In this document: positions 39,997 through 46,933 of the stretch, piece after piece | Position numbering within the stretch: position 1 is the stretch's first letter | How the letters are laid out: each line of letters starts with the position of its first letter | IMG/VR virus record: IMGVR_UViG_3300034062_005355 | Source of the DNA: a virus | Lineage: Duplodnaviria > Caudoviricetes | Direction: 5' to 3' (one strand) | Length of the DNA: 64,000 bases | The notes under the pieces: model-generated | Told to the model about the DNA's origin: nothing | Seen by the model: the letters and a program-made list of their open reading frames with translations, nothing else | Database searches by the model: none | Program-made: the position numbers and the translations under genes

Positions 39997-40080
39997 ATGA
40001 GAACATCAATTAAACATATGTCGTCGATTATTAAGCAACAAGAGGTATTCTGTAGCTGGTATCGTCATATGCAAAATTGA
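39997..40080 (+). CDS. putative leader peptide (27 aa)
   Basis: MRTSIKHMSSIIKQQEVFCSWYRHMQN*, followed by a terminator. Confidence 0.45.
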   Translation: MRTSIKHMSSIIKQQEVFCSWYRHMQN

Positions 40081-40131
40081 GTTCGGATATTAGGTAGTAC
40101 GTTAATAACAAGTTAGAAATAACAAGATATT

Positions 40132-40169
40132 AAAACCCCGAACTTTGAAAAAAAAGTTTGGGGTTTTTT
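40132..40169 (+). terminator. intrinsic terminator / attenuator
   Basis: AAAACCCCGAACTTT...AAAGTTTGGGGTTTTTT. Confidence 0.75.
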
Positions 40170-40218
40170 GTTTTTATCAAACTTTCGTATTACCTTTGTA
40201 TTCACAAACAAGAAGAAA

Positions 40219-40227
40219 GTTCTTTGA
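40219..40227 (+). promoter_or_regulatory. rrn-type boxA-like element
   Basis: GTTCTTTGA(CAT) between a TACCTTTG promoter and tRNA-Val. Confidence 0.5.
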
Positions 40228-40243
40228 CATCTTGGAAAAAAAT

Positions 40244-40317
40244 AGTCCTTTAGCTCAGTTGGTTAGAGCATCTGGTTTACATCCAGAGGGTCGTAGGTTC
40301 GAGTCCTACAGGGACTA
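40244..40317 (+). tRNA. tRNA-Val(TAC)
   Basis: AGTCCTT/AGGGACT-A; TCTGG-TTTACAT-CCAGA. Confidence 0.93.
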
Positions 40318-40324
40318 CACAATT

Positions 40325-40396
40325 GGCCCTTTCATCTATCGGTTAGGATATTAGGTTTTCATCCTAAAAAGACGGGTTCGACTCCCGTAGGGGCTA
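40325..40396 (+). tRNA. tRNA-Glu(TTC)
   Basis: GGCCCTT/AGGGGCT-A; TTAGG-TTTTCAT-CCTAA. Confidence 0.92.
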
Positions 40397-40694
40397 CCGT
40401 AAAGTCGGGGAGTAGGTTTTTATGTTGGTTGGTACCTACTCCCCCAGACAAAAAGAAATTGATAATGGTTTTCTCCATTCAACGGATGTCGACAATCCAG
40501 AATGGAATCAGAATTCATCACCCTTTGCTGAGGCCTCATTAAAACTCAGGAAGCAATTAAGATTGGGACGAGACGGGTATCCCAACATTATCAACAATAT
40601 TGTGTTGTTCCTGTGAGATAGGAATGAAATAGTCGGACGTATTTTAAATGTAATACTGTTTGCACAACACAGAGGACTTCTCAACCTCAAATTT

Positions 40695-40767
40695 GGTGTG
40701 ATAGCTCAGTAGGTAGAGCAGTAGACTGAAAATCTACGTGCCGGTGGTTCGATCCCACCTCTCACCA
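40695..40767 (+). tRNA. tRNA-Phe(GAA)
   Basis: GTAGA-CTGAAAA-TCTAC; T arm GGTGG/CCACC. Confidence 0.92.
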
Positions 40768-40843
40768 CGGAGTCCCGAAATAACGGGAAACCCCCACTCC
40801 CACATGGCAGCCAGTCCGTTAACCTGGTGAAGTGGGGTAAAAT

Positions 40844-40974
40844 GGTCAGGTGGCGGAATTGGTAGACGCTATGTGGTAAAGCTAACCACAAACAAAGCTG
40901 TGACGGACTCAAAAGTACAATGAGTTGAAATAGAAGATTACGCACGGTTATAGGTTCGAATCCTGTCCTGATTA
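40844..40974 (+). ncRNA. tRNA-like element 1 (131 nt)
   Basis: GGTCAGG-TGGCGGAATTGGTAGACGC...ATAGG-TTCGAAT-CCTGT-CCTGATT-A; no canonical anticodon arm. Confidence 0.8.
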
Positions 40975-40983
40975 CAAAAAAGA

Positions 40984-41015
40984 TTTGGTGAATTAAAATA
41001 TTAAACATATCTTTG
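40984..41015 (+). promoter_or_regulatory. Bacteroidota sigma70-type promoter (cassette repeated at 41606-41637 and 44394-44425)
   Basis: TTTG-N20-TATCTTTG. Confidence 0.75.
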
Positions 41016-41034
41016 TATTGTTAAAAAAATAGTC

Positions 41035-41343
41035 ATGGAAGATAAAAAATCATTAAATAAAATCAAAAGAGAAACGCAATTGTTTTGGCTTGGTGAAAAT
41101 CGCCTTATCAAATGGTCGGATATTAAGCATTTACAATTAGAAGATGATGATGTAATCAGGTCATCATGGGAAGAGGACGATGATGACGGACGCGGGCTCT
41201 ATGTCGGAGAAATCACTAGAATGGTTGAAGAAACTGATGAACAATATCAAAAACGTCTATCTAATAATGAACTACATAATAAATGGGAAAAAGAAAGACG
41301 TTACGAAAGTTATTTAAAACTTAAAAAAGAGTTTGAAGAATAA
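41035..41343 (+). CDS. hypothetical protein within the tRNA-like array
   Basis: 102-aa ORF after a promoter. Confidence 0.6.
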   Translation: MEDKKSLNKIKRETQLFWLGENRLIKWSDIKHLQLEDDDVIRSSWEEDDDDGRGLYVGEITRMVEETDEQYQKRLSNNELHNKWEKERRYESYLKLKKEFEE

Positions 41344-41348
41344 AATAT

Positions 41349-41439
41349 AGTCAGGTGGCGAAATTGGTAGACGCAGTCCTCGGGATAATGTCAAGAGGGT
41401 CGCGCCCTCAATTTACAGGTTCGAATCCTGTCCTGGCTA
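41349..41439 (+). ncRNA. tRNA-like element 2 (91 nt)
   Basis: AGTCAGG...ACAGGTTCGAATCCTGT-CCTGGCT-A; interior hairpin GAGGG/CCCTC. Confidence 0.8.
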
Positions 41440-41504
41440 CAAAGGCAGATTGTTACTAATTCATAGCACCTGAAGAAAGTGGGAATGTCATAGAATTAGA
41501 ATTT

Positions 41505-41594
41505 AGTCAGGTTGCGGAATGTTAATAATTAACTTAGTGCAAGAATTAAGCTAACTAATAGTGGCGAGGAACCACAACTAAGTTAATTATTAAC
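41505..41594 (+). ncRNA. tRNA-like element 3 (5' part only) fused to an 18-bp perfect hairpin
   Basis: AGTCAGGTTGCGGAAT, then GTTAATAATTAACTTAGT (41521-41538) / ACTAAGTTAATTATTAAC (41577-41594); no T arm. Confidence 0.6.
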
Positions 41595-41651
41595 CATAAA
41601 AAAAATTTGGCGGATTAAAATATTATACATATCTTTGTATTGTTATAAAAT

Positions 41652-41737
41652 AGTCAGGTGGCGCAAATGGATGACGGTCAAATAGGAGATAATATCAATA
41701 GGATGAAAGTATACAGGTTCGAATCCTGTCCTGACTA
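41652..41737 (+). ncRNA. tRNA-like element 4 (86 nt)
   Basis: conserved ends; interior identical to element 6. Confidence 0.8.
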
Positions 41738-41749
41738 CTAAAATTAAAT

Positions 41750-41917
41750 GTTATGGAAACGATTAATATTACAACAGAAGAACTAAAAAAATTAGTTGAA
41801 ACAGCAATTCAATTTGGGATCGATAGTCCTGAATTAGTCCCAAACCAAAAAGGAAGAGAAAAAATTGCAAATTGGATGGTAGATAACACCATTAAAGATA
41901 TAAAAGGACAAAGGTAA
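41750..41917 (+). CDS. small hypothetical protein (~55 aa, not in the ORF track)
   Basis: METINITTEELKKLVETAIQFGIDSPELVPNQKGREKIANWMVDNTIKDIKGQR*, between elements 4 and 5; end coordinate approximate. Confidence 0.45.
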   Translation, partial: VMETINITTEELKKLVETAIQFGIDSPELVPNQKGREKIANWMVDNTIKDIKGQR

Positions 41918-41923
41918 TAAAAT

Positions 41924-42032
41924 AGTCAGGTGGCGGAATTGGTCACCAAAGTAAGCCGTCTCCAAGCTTTGTGTAAAAGAGATGAATGCCTAATTTGAAA
42001 ACTACTTACAGGTTCGAATCCTGTCCTGACTA
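41924..42032 (+). ncRNA. tRNA-like element 5 (109 nt)
   Basis: AGTCAGGTGGCGGAATTGG...ACAGGTTCGAATCCTGTCCTGACT-A. Confidence 0.8.
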
Positions 42033-42184
42033 CAAAAATATGAAATTGAAAGGATAAATTACGTAATAGTCCAATCAATCAAGGGTTAACATCTCAAATG
42101 GTATGGATTTAGCGGTCCAAAGAGTATGGCAGGGGTTAACCATCAAAAACTTGGGAACGACCGATATGCCTTCATATTTCTTAT

Positions 42185-42270
42185 GGTCAGGTGGCGCAAA
42201 TGGATGACGGTCAAATAGGAGATAATATCAATAGGATGAAAGTATACAGGTTCGAATCCTGTCCTGACTA
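42185..42270 (+). ncRNA. tRNA-like element 6 (86 nt)
   Basis: copy of element 4, differing at the first base. Confidence 0.8.
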
Positions 42271-42297
42271 CAAAATTAATAATTTAAATAAACAAAT

Positions 42298-42636
42298 ATG
42301 TTACCAAATTATCATACAAAATTAAATTTTGACGATGTCATAATCGTATCAACTAAAGAATTTCCGGGGATATTTTTTCCGGCTAAGATTGAACAAATCG
42401 TTGAATGTAATTTTATGGATAAAAATTCCATTAAAGTGGGTCGACCTGTTGGTGTTTACTATCAATATAATCTTAGAACCGTTGATTACGAAGATAACCC
42501 ATTTATTAATTTTCCTAATGTAGACACTAATTTCCTTACTTGGGACGAACTAAATAGTTTTGACACTTTGGATAGGTGGGTTGAAAATATGGGTTATTTT
42601 ATGAAAGGTGTGATTAAAATAGAAAAGATTGGATAG
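42298..42636 (+). CDS. hypothetical protein within the array
   Basis: 112-aa ORF. Confidence 0.55.
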   Translation: MLPNYHTKLNFDDVIIVSTKEFPGIFFPAKIEQIVECNFMDKNSIKVGRPVGVYYQYNLRTVDYEDNPFINFPNVDTNFLTWDELNSFDTLDRWVENMGYFMKGVIKIEKIG

Positions 42637-42685
42637 AATGAAGTTGGATATTTAGAAAATATATTCTCAAAAATCAAATAAAAAT

Positions 42686-42798
42686 AGTCGGGTGGCGGAA
42701 TTGGTTAGACGCTAAGTGTGGGTTCGTAACCCTTGACCGTCTGGTAACAGATACACAGAGTAACACTCGTACAGGTTCGAATCCTGTCCTGACTACCA
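42686..42798 (+). ncRNA. tRNA-like element 7 (encodes ACCA)
   Basis: AGTCGGG/CCTGACT-ACCA; interior hairpins GGGTT/AACCC, TCTG/CAGA, GAGT/ACTC. Confidence 0.8.
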
Positions 42799-42987
42799 AG
42801 TTAACCACACTAAGACTAGAAACGTGGTGACGGATCGGAAAGACGACAAAACTACCACGATGCTTCCCGTAAGATCAGCACTATTTTCAGTGGTGATTTC
42901 TCCACGTAAACGAATAGCCCAAGGCATAAGTTATGGTGGATTACCAAACCTATCCTTAATGGACGCATTAAGTGAAGTTTGGGACAT

Positions 42988-43092
42988 AGTCAGGTGGCGG
43001 AATTGGTTAGACGCTAAACCATTAGAGATAAAATGTAGATTCTCAGTAAGGTAATATACTACATTATACAGGTTCGATTCCTGTCCTGACTA
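42988..43092 (+). ncRNA. tRNA-like element 8 (105 nt)
   Basis: conserved ends; interior stem AATGTAG/CTACATT. Confidence 0.8.
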
Positions 43093-43109
43093 CAAAATAA
43101 ATAAAAATT

Positions 43110-43367
43110 ATGGAAAGATTAGTGCTTGATTATACTCATTGTTCTGAACCAGAATGTTGGGAACATAATATTCCTTTTGAATATGAATCAAAAGAGAAAT
43201 TTATATTTGATGTGATTGAATATCCAATGTTACTTAATTCTCTAATTGAATGTGTATATGAATGGATGTTGGATCCGGCTTATGAACATAAGATAGAGTT
43301 ATTAGAAAATATTGATCAATATATTTTTACATTAGATGAATGGTTTGAAAAAAATAAAAAAATATGA
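43110..43367 (+). CDS. hypothetical protein within the array
   Basis: 85-aa ORF. Confidence 0.55.
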   Translation: MERLVLDYTHCSEPECWEHNIPFEYESKEKFIFDVIEYPMLLNSLIECVYEWMLDPAYEHKIELLENIDQYIFTLDEWFEKNKKI

Positions 43368-43594
43368 AAGAAATACTTGAAAATAAAGATGTTGGTGATT
43401 ACGTACATGTTGATGGTTATACATCAATGGCACAACAAAACTTCCGTAAAACATCTATAATTGGAGTTGATTATAAATTTGATCCTGATACAGGTGATAA
43501 ATTTAAAATTCTTCAGATTGATAATGGTGAATGGTTTGATAGCCGGAATGGTGGTTGTTACTCAAATGAAAACTCAATGTATTATATTGAATAG
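43364..43594 (+). CDS. hypothetical protein within the array
   Basis: 76-aa ORF. Confidence 0.55.
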   Translation: MKEILENKDVGDYVHVDGYTSMAQQNFRKTSIIGVDYKFDPDTGDKFKILQIDNGEWFDSRNGGCYSNENSMYYIE

Positions 43595-43600
43595 TTATTT

Positions 43601-43742
43601 AGTCAGGTGGCGGAATATAGACGCAGAAGTTAGAAGAGAGGGATTATCAATGTTGGTTAGTGGATTAATTACCTTGTCTAATGGATTAAATAACACACAC
43701 CAACTATTATGTGTTATACAGGGTTGTATCCTGTCCTGACTA
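43601..43742 (+). ncRNA. tRNA-like element 9 (142 nt; altered T loop)
   Basis: AGTCAGG...ACAGG-GTTGTAT-CCTGT-CCTGACT-A; ATAACAC/GTGTTAT hairpin. Confidence 0.75.
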
Positions 43743-43800
43743 CACTAATTAAGCTAGTTTATGAACAGCCTTTGAGGTGAGATGCTCTCATTAGAATGGA

Positions 43801-43870
43801 AGTCAGGTAACTTAACTGGTAAAGGGGGTTGCGATAGTTTCCGTTACAGGTTCGAATCCTGTCCTGACTA
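43801..43870 (+). ncRNA. tRNA-like element 10 (70 nt, shortest)
   Basis: AGTCAGG...ACAGGTTCGAATCCTGTCCTGACT-A; D arm degenerate. Confidence 0.75.
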
Positions 43871-44000
43871 CAAAATTAACTGAGGAACCGAATAAGAAAG
43901 TAGGTAATAAGGTGTGGGATAGTTACGAATAACCACGATGGAAATTGGGATTATAACTCAAGCGTAAATAGGTTATAATTAGTAAGTTAATTTTTTAAAT

Positions 44001-44104
44001 AGTCAGGTGAGCGGAATGGCTATCGCACTGCAAAAACAGTTCTTATTTCGACATAAGATAACCAAGTGAAAGGCACTATACAGGTTCGAATCCTGTCCTG
44101 ACTG
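44001..44104 (+). ncRNA. tRNA-like element 11 (104 nt; G discriminator)
   Basis: conserved ends; interior ACTG/CAGT, TCTTAT/ATAAGA, GTG/CAC. Confidence 0.8.
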
Positions 44105-44165
44105 CAAAATTTTTTTTGTTATTTAATATATTTTTTGTATTTTTGTATCCTAATCAAAAGACAAT

Positions 44166-44387
44166 ATGAAAAGAAAGACTATAAATGTGGATTTAGTGAA
44201 AGAAAAGGTTAATAAGTTATTATCTAATCCAAACATTATAATGGAGGAGAAATTGGGTGTAATAACAATGATTGAGTATGTATTACATGAAACCAACAAT
44301 TATAATGGTTTTATGTATTTAACACTTAATAATGGTGAGGCTCCAAAACTTGGTACTGATGAATGGGTAAGTAGGAAATATTTTTAA
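44166..44387 (+). CDS. hypothetical protein within the array
   Basis: 73-aa ORF. Confidence 0.55.
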   Translation: MKRKTINVDLVKEKVNKLLSNPNIIMEEKLGVITMIEYVLHETNNYNGFMYLTLNNGEAPKLGTDEWVSRKYF

Positions 44388-44445
44388 AAAAGATTTGGTG
44401 GATTAAAATATTATACATATCTTTGTATTCCAATAATAAAAAAAG

Positions 44446-44793
44446 ATGGAAAAATTAAGTAAAAAATATAAGACCTATTCTATAACAATGTACCGTAGAG
44501 GTATGGAGTTGGAAGTGATATGTGTAACCACAAGTAAGAAAAAATTTGCCGCGTTATGTGATATGCCCATCTCGAATGTTAATAACCATGGTTACTCATA
44601 TGATTTACGTTATCCAATCTGTAATGAAAATCCAGATAAGTTATACGCAAAACCAGGAATGGGTGGTGAAATAATGTATATCACAGAAAGAGGTGTGATA
44701 AAACCGTTGGAGGACTACATTAAGTTAATTGTCGAACATAGGGAAAAATATAAATCGTATAAAGATTATTTAGAAAAAACAAATCAAAGATAA
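44446..44793 (+). CDS. hypothetical protein within the array
   Basis: 115-aa ORF after the repeated promoter cassette. Confidence 0.6.
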   Translation: MEKLSKKYKTYSITMYRRGMELEVICVTTSKKKFAALCDMPISNVNNHGYSYDLRYPICNENPDKLYAKPGMGGEIMYITERGVIKPLEDYIKLIVEHREKYKSYKDYLEKTNQR

Positions 44794-44800
44794 AACAAAT

Positions 44801-44890
44801 AGTCAGGTGGTTTAAAGTTGGTTCGACTCCAAGATAGGATATGGTATCGTTGCGATTGGAAATTTACAGGTTCGAATCCTGTCCTGACTA
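44801..44890 (+). ncRNA. tRNA-like element 12 (90 nt; extra internal T-loop hairpin)
   Basis: conserved ends; internal TTGG-TTCGACT-CCAA. Confidence 0.78.
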
Positions 44891-45020
44891 CTGACACGCA
44901 CGGCAGCCGAAATGTAAAAGCGCTCAATGATTAGGCAATGCGAACGAACACACGGTCTACCTCACAGTGCGTAGGTAAGCTTCAAGGATCGTTGACAGCT
45001 CGGAATAGACGAGCAAATTT

Positions 45021-45162
45021 AGTCAGGTGGCGGAATTGGTTAGACTCGCTAATATAGGTATCGAAAGATAGACGATTCTACTCCGCAGGGTCATATTAGT
45101 CTATCCTAAAGTGATATGAGTAGACGCAATAGGAGTTACAGGTTCGAATCCTGTCCTGACTA
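45021..45162 (+). ncRNA. tRNA-like element 13 (142 nt; potential pseudoknot interior)
   Basis: conserved ends; CTAATAT/ATATTAG crossed by CTACTC/GAGTAG. Confidence 0.8.
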
Positions 45163-45251
45163 CAAAAGTGTTGAGTTCAAATCCCAGTAGGGAAGTTTAT
45201 AAAGTATCTAAATAATAATTTAATTTAAAAACAAAAAAATAACTTACGAAG

Positions 45252-45500
45252 ATGAAAAGTTCAAGTAGTATCATTAATAGACAAAAAGAAATAGATAAGT
45301 TAAGAACAGAGTTGGAAACAATTTTAGCTAAAACTAAACACTTATCTAAAGGTGAAATAGGAACAAAAGGATATAATAAGGTTATAGACGAATTGAAAAA
45401 TAAAATATTAGAACTTGAACAGAGAACTAAATTAGATAGGATTAAAATTGGTGAAGGTGTGGATGATTTAAGTGATAATAGATTTAAAAGATATAAATGA
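45252..45500 (+). CDS. hypothetical coiled-coil protein
   Basis: 82-aa ORF. Confidence 0.55.
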   Translation: MKSSSSIINRQKEIDKLRTELETILAKTKHLSKGEIGTKGYNKVIDELKNKILELEQRTKLDRIKIGEGVDDLSDNRFKRYK

Positions 45501-45573
45501 TATTACTTCTACCGTTTTGCAGCTACCAGAAGGGCGGGATTTAGAACGATAAACTTTAAATAAAAATAAAATT

Positions 45574-45756
45574 ATGGAAAATAAATGTTATCAAGCAACT
45601 AATGAAGATTTACGTGAATCAGATTTAGAACATTACGAAAAATTATCAACAGAATGTCATCATTGGTCGAGTGGTATTCCAAGAGCAATAAACTTTTACT
45701 ATGATTATAAGAGTATGAGTATATGGGAAAAGATAAAATTAGCATTTAAGAAATAG
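45574..45756 (+). CDS. hypothetical protein
   Basis: 60-aa ORF; its TAG stop overlaps the first bases of element 14. Confidence 0.5.
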   Translation: MENKCYQATNEDLRESDLEHYEKLSTECHHWSSGIPRAINFYYDYKSMSIWEKIKLAFKK

Positions 45757-45868
45757 TCAGGTGGCAGAATGGTAGATGCATGATGATAAAGTAGGGTTCG
45801 GATGTACTCGGAGGAAATTGATTCAGTTAGGTGTACAACTAATACAGGTTCGAATCCTGTCCTGATTA
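45755..45868 (+). ncRNA. tRNA-like element 14 (114 nt)
   Basis: AGTCAGGTGGCAGAATGGTAGATGC...ACAGGTTCGAATCCTGT-CCTGATT-A. Confidence 0.8.
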
Positions 45869-45914
45869 CAAATCTCAGGAGTAATTAATCTGAGACTGAG
45901 TGATTCGAAACACT

Positions 45915-46026
45915 CGATTGATTATGGTGTAATGGCGCACAACACCCCCCGCTGAAGTTCGAGTCTTCAGATTAGGTACGGTAACCAGGGGAGTAAGATT
46001 AAGGTTCGAATCCTTTTTAATCGGCA
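45915..46026 (+). ncRNA. unrelated tRNA-like RNA with two T-loop hairpins
   Basis: CGATTGA/TTAATCG acceptor-like stem; GGTGTAATGG D-like segment; CTGAAG-TTCGAGT-CTTCAG and AAGG-TTCGAAT-CCTT. Confidence 0.5.
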
Positions 46027-46191
46027 ATTGGTAGTAAAATGCGTAGGTTGATAAGCGTGGAGAGACGTGACGCAAGGGTACACACTAAGGATAGGTAGTA
46101 ATACCCAACTCTCTAATGGTGTGTGAAGCTGGGCCCAAACTTATGGTCGCTAGGCGGGATTCTTGATAAAGTCAACCACTACCTTTTACAT

Positions 46192-46267
46192 GTTGGCTAT
46201 AGCTCAGTTGGTTTAGAGTGCTTGATTGTGGTTCAAGAGGTCACGGGTTCGACTCCCGTTAGTCACC
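46192..46267 (+). tRNA. tRNA-His(GTG)
   Basis: G-1:C73; CTTGA-TTGTGGT-TCAAG. Confidence 0.9.
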
Positions 46268-46422
46268 CAAATAGGTTGGGATCCCTAGTGGTAGCGGCGT
46301 TAATCATGATAATCAAGCCACAAGTATCTAGTAAGAAGTGACAGATGGGTTCGTCACGACCTAAAAATATTTTTTTGTTAATATGGTATTTTTATGTATA
46401 TTTGTATTCCAAACAATAAACA

Positions 46423-46819
46423 TATGATCAGACTAAATACAAATTTAAATAATTTAAATCACAGAGAAATTAGAAGAATTGTTGATAAAACAATAAGATA
46501 TAGTGTATTTAAATTTGGAATTAACAAAAGAAAAGGATGTTGTACTGTTGTAGTTAAGAATCAAAGTAAAAACGCCGAAATTCAAAATTTTGGTGAGTAT
46601 AATCCTGATACTAATACTATTTATATCTTTAAAAACAATTGTAAGAATGTTAAAGATGTAATTGAAACAACATTACATGAATATGCCCACACATTACAAC
46701 CAATTGTAAGTAGGTATTATAAAATGTTAAAAACACATGGATATGAAAAGCATCCAATGGAAATCGAAGCAAGAAAACATGAAAAATATTGTAAAGAAGC
46801 TTGGATTTTAATAAAATAA
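46423..46819 (+). CDS. zinc metallopeptidase-like protein (HExxH)
   Basis: TTLHEYAHTLQ...HPMEIEAR; start reassigned to ~46423 (MIRLN), after a TATATTTG promoter. Confidence 0.6.
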
Positions 46820-46843
46820 TTATTAGGTTTGTACCTATTAAAT

Positions 46844-46933
46844 GGAGAGGTGGCAGAGCGGTCGAACGCGGCGGTCTTGAAAACCGTTTTAGGGGAGACT
46901 CTAACGGGGGTTCGAATCCCTCCCTCTCCGCCA
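46844..46933 (+). tRNA. tRNA-Ser(TGA)
   Basis: GGAGAGG/CCTCTCC-GCCA; loop CT-TGA-AA; long variable arm. Confidence 0.95.

Noticed and set aside
40844-45868. CRISPR array interpretation of the repeated 24-mer
   Set aside because: The repeat is bipartite (5' and 3' tRNA arms that pair), spacing is irregular (tens to hundreds of nt with ORFs between), and there are no cas genes in the window.
40844-45868. tRNA-Leu genes split by group I/II introns
   Set aside because: Inserts are far too short for self-splicing introns, and I could not find a removal that restores a canonical anticodon arm. A non-canonical protein-spliced intron is not formally excluded.
40844-45868. Simple attL/attR scars from repeated integration into a tRNA
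   Set aside because: Integration duplicates only the 3' end; here the matching 5' acceptor and D arm are also retained, and no integrase is present in the window.
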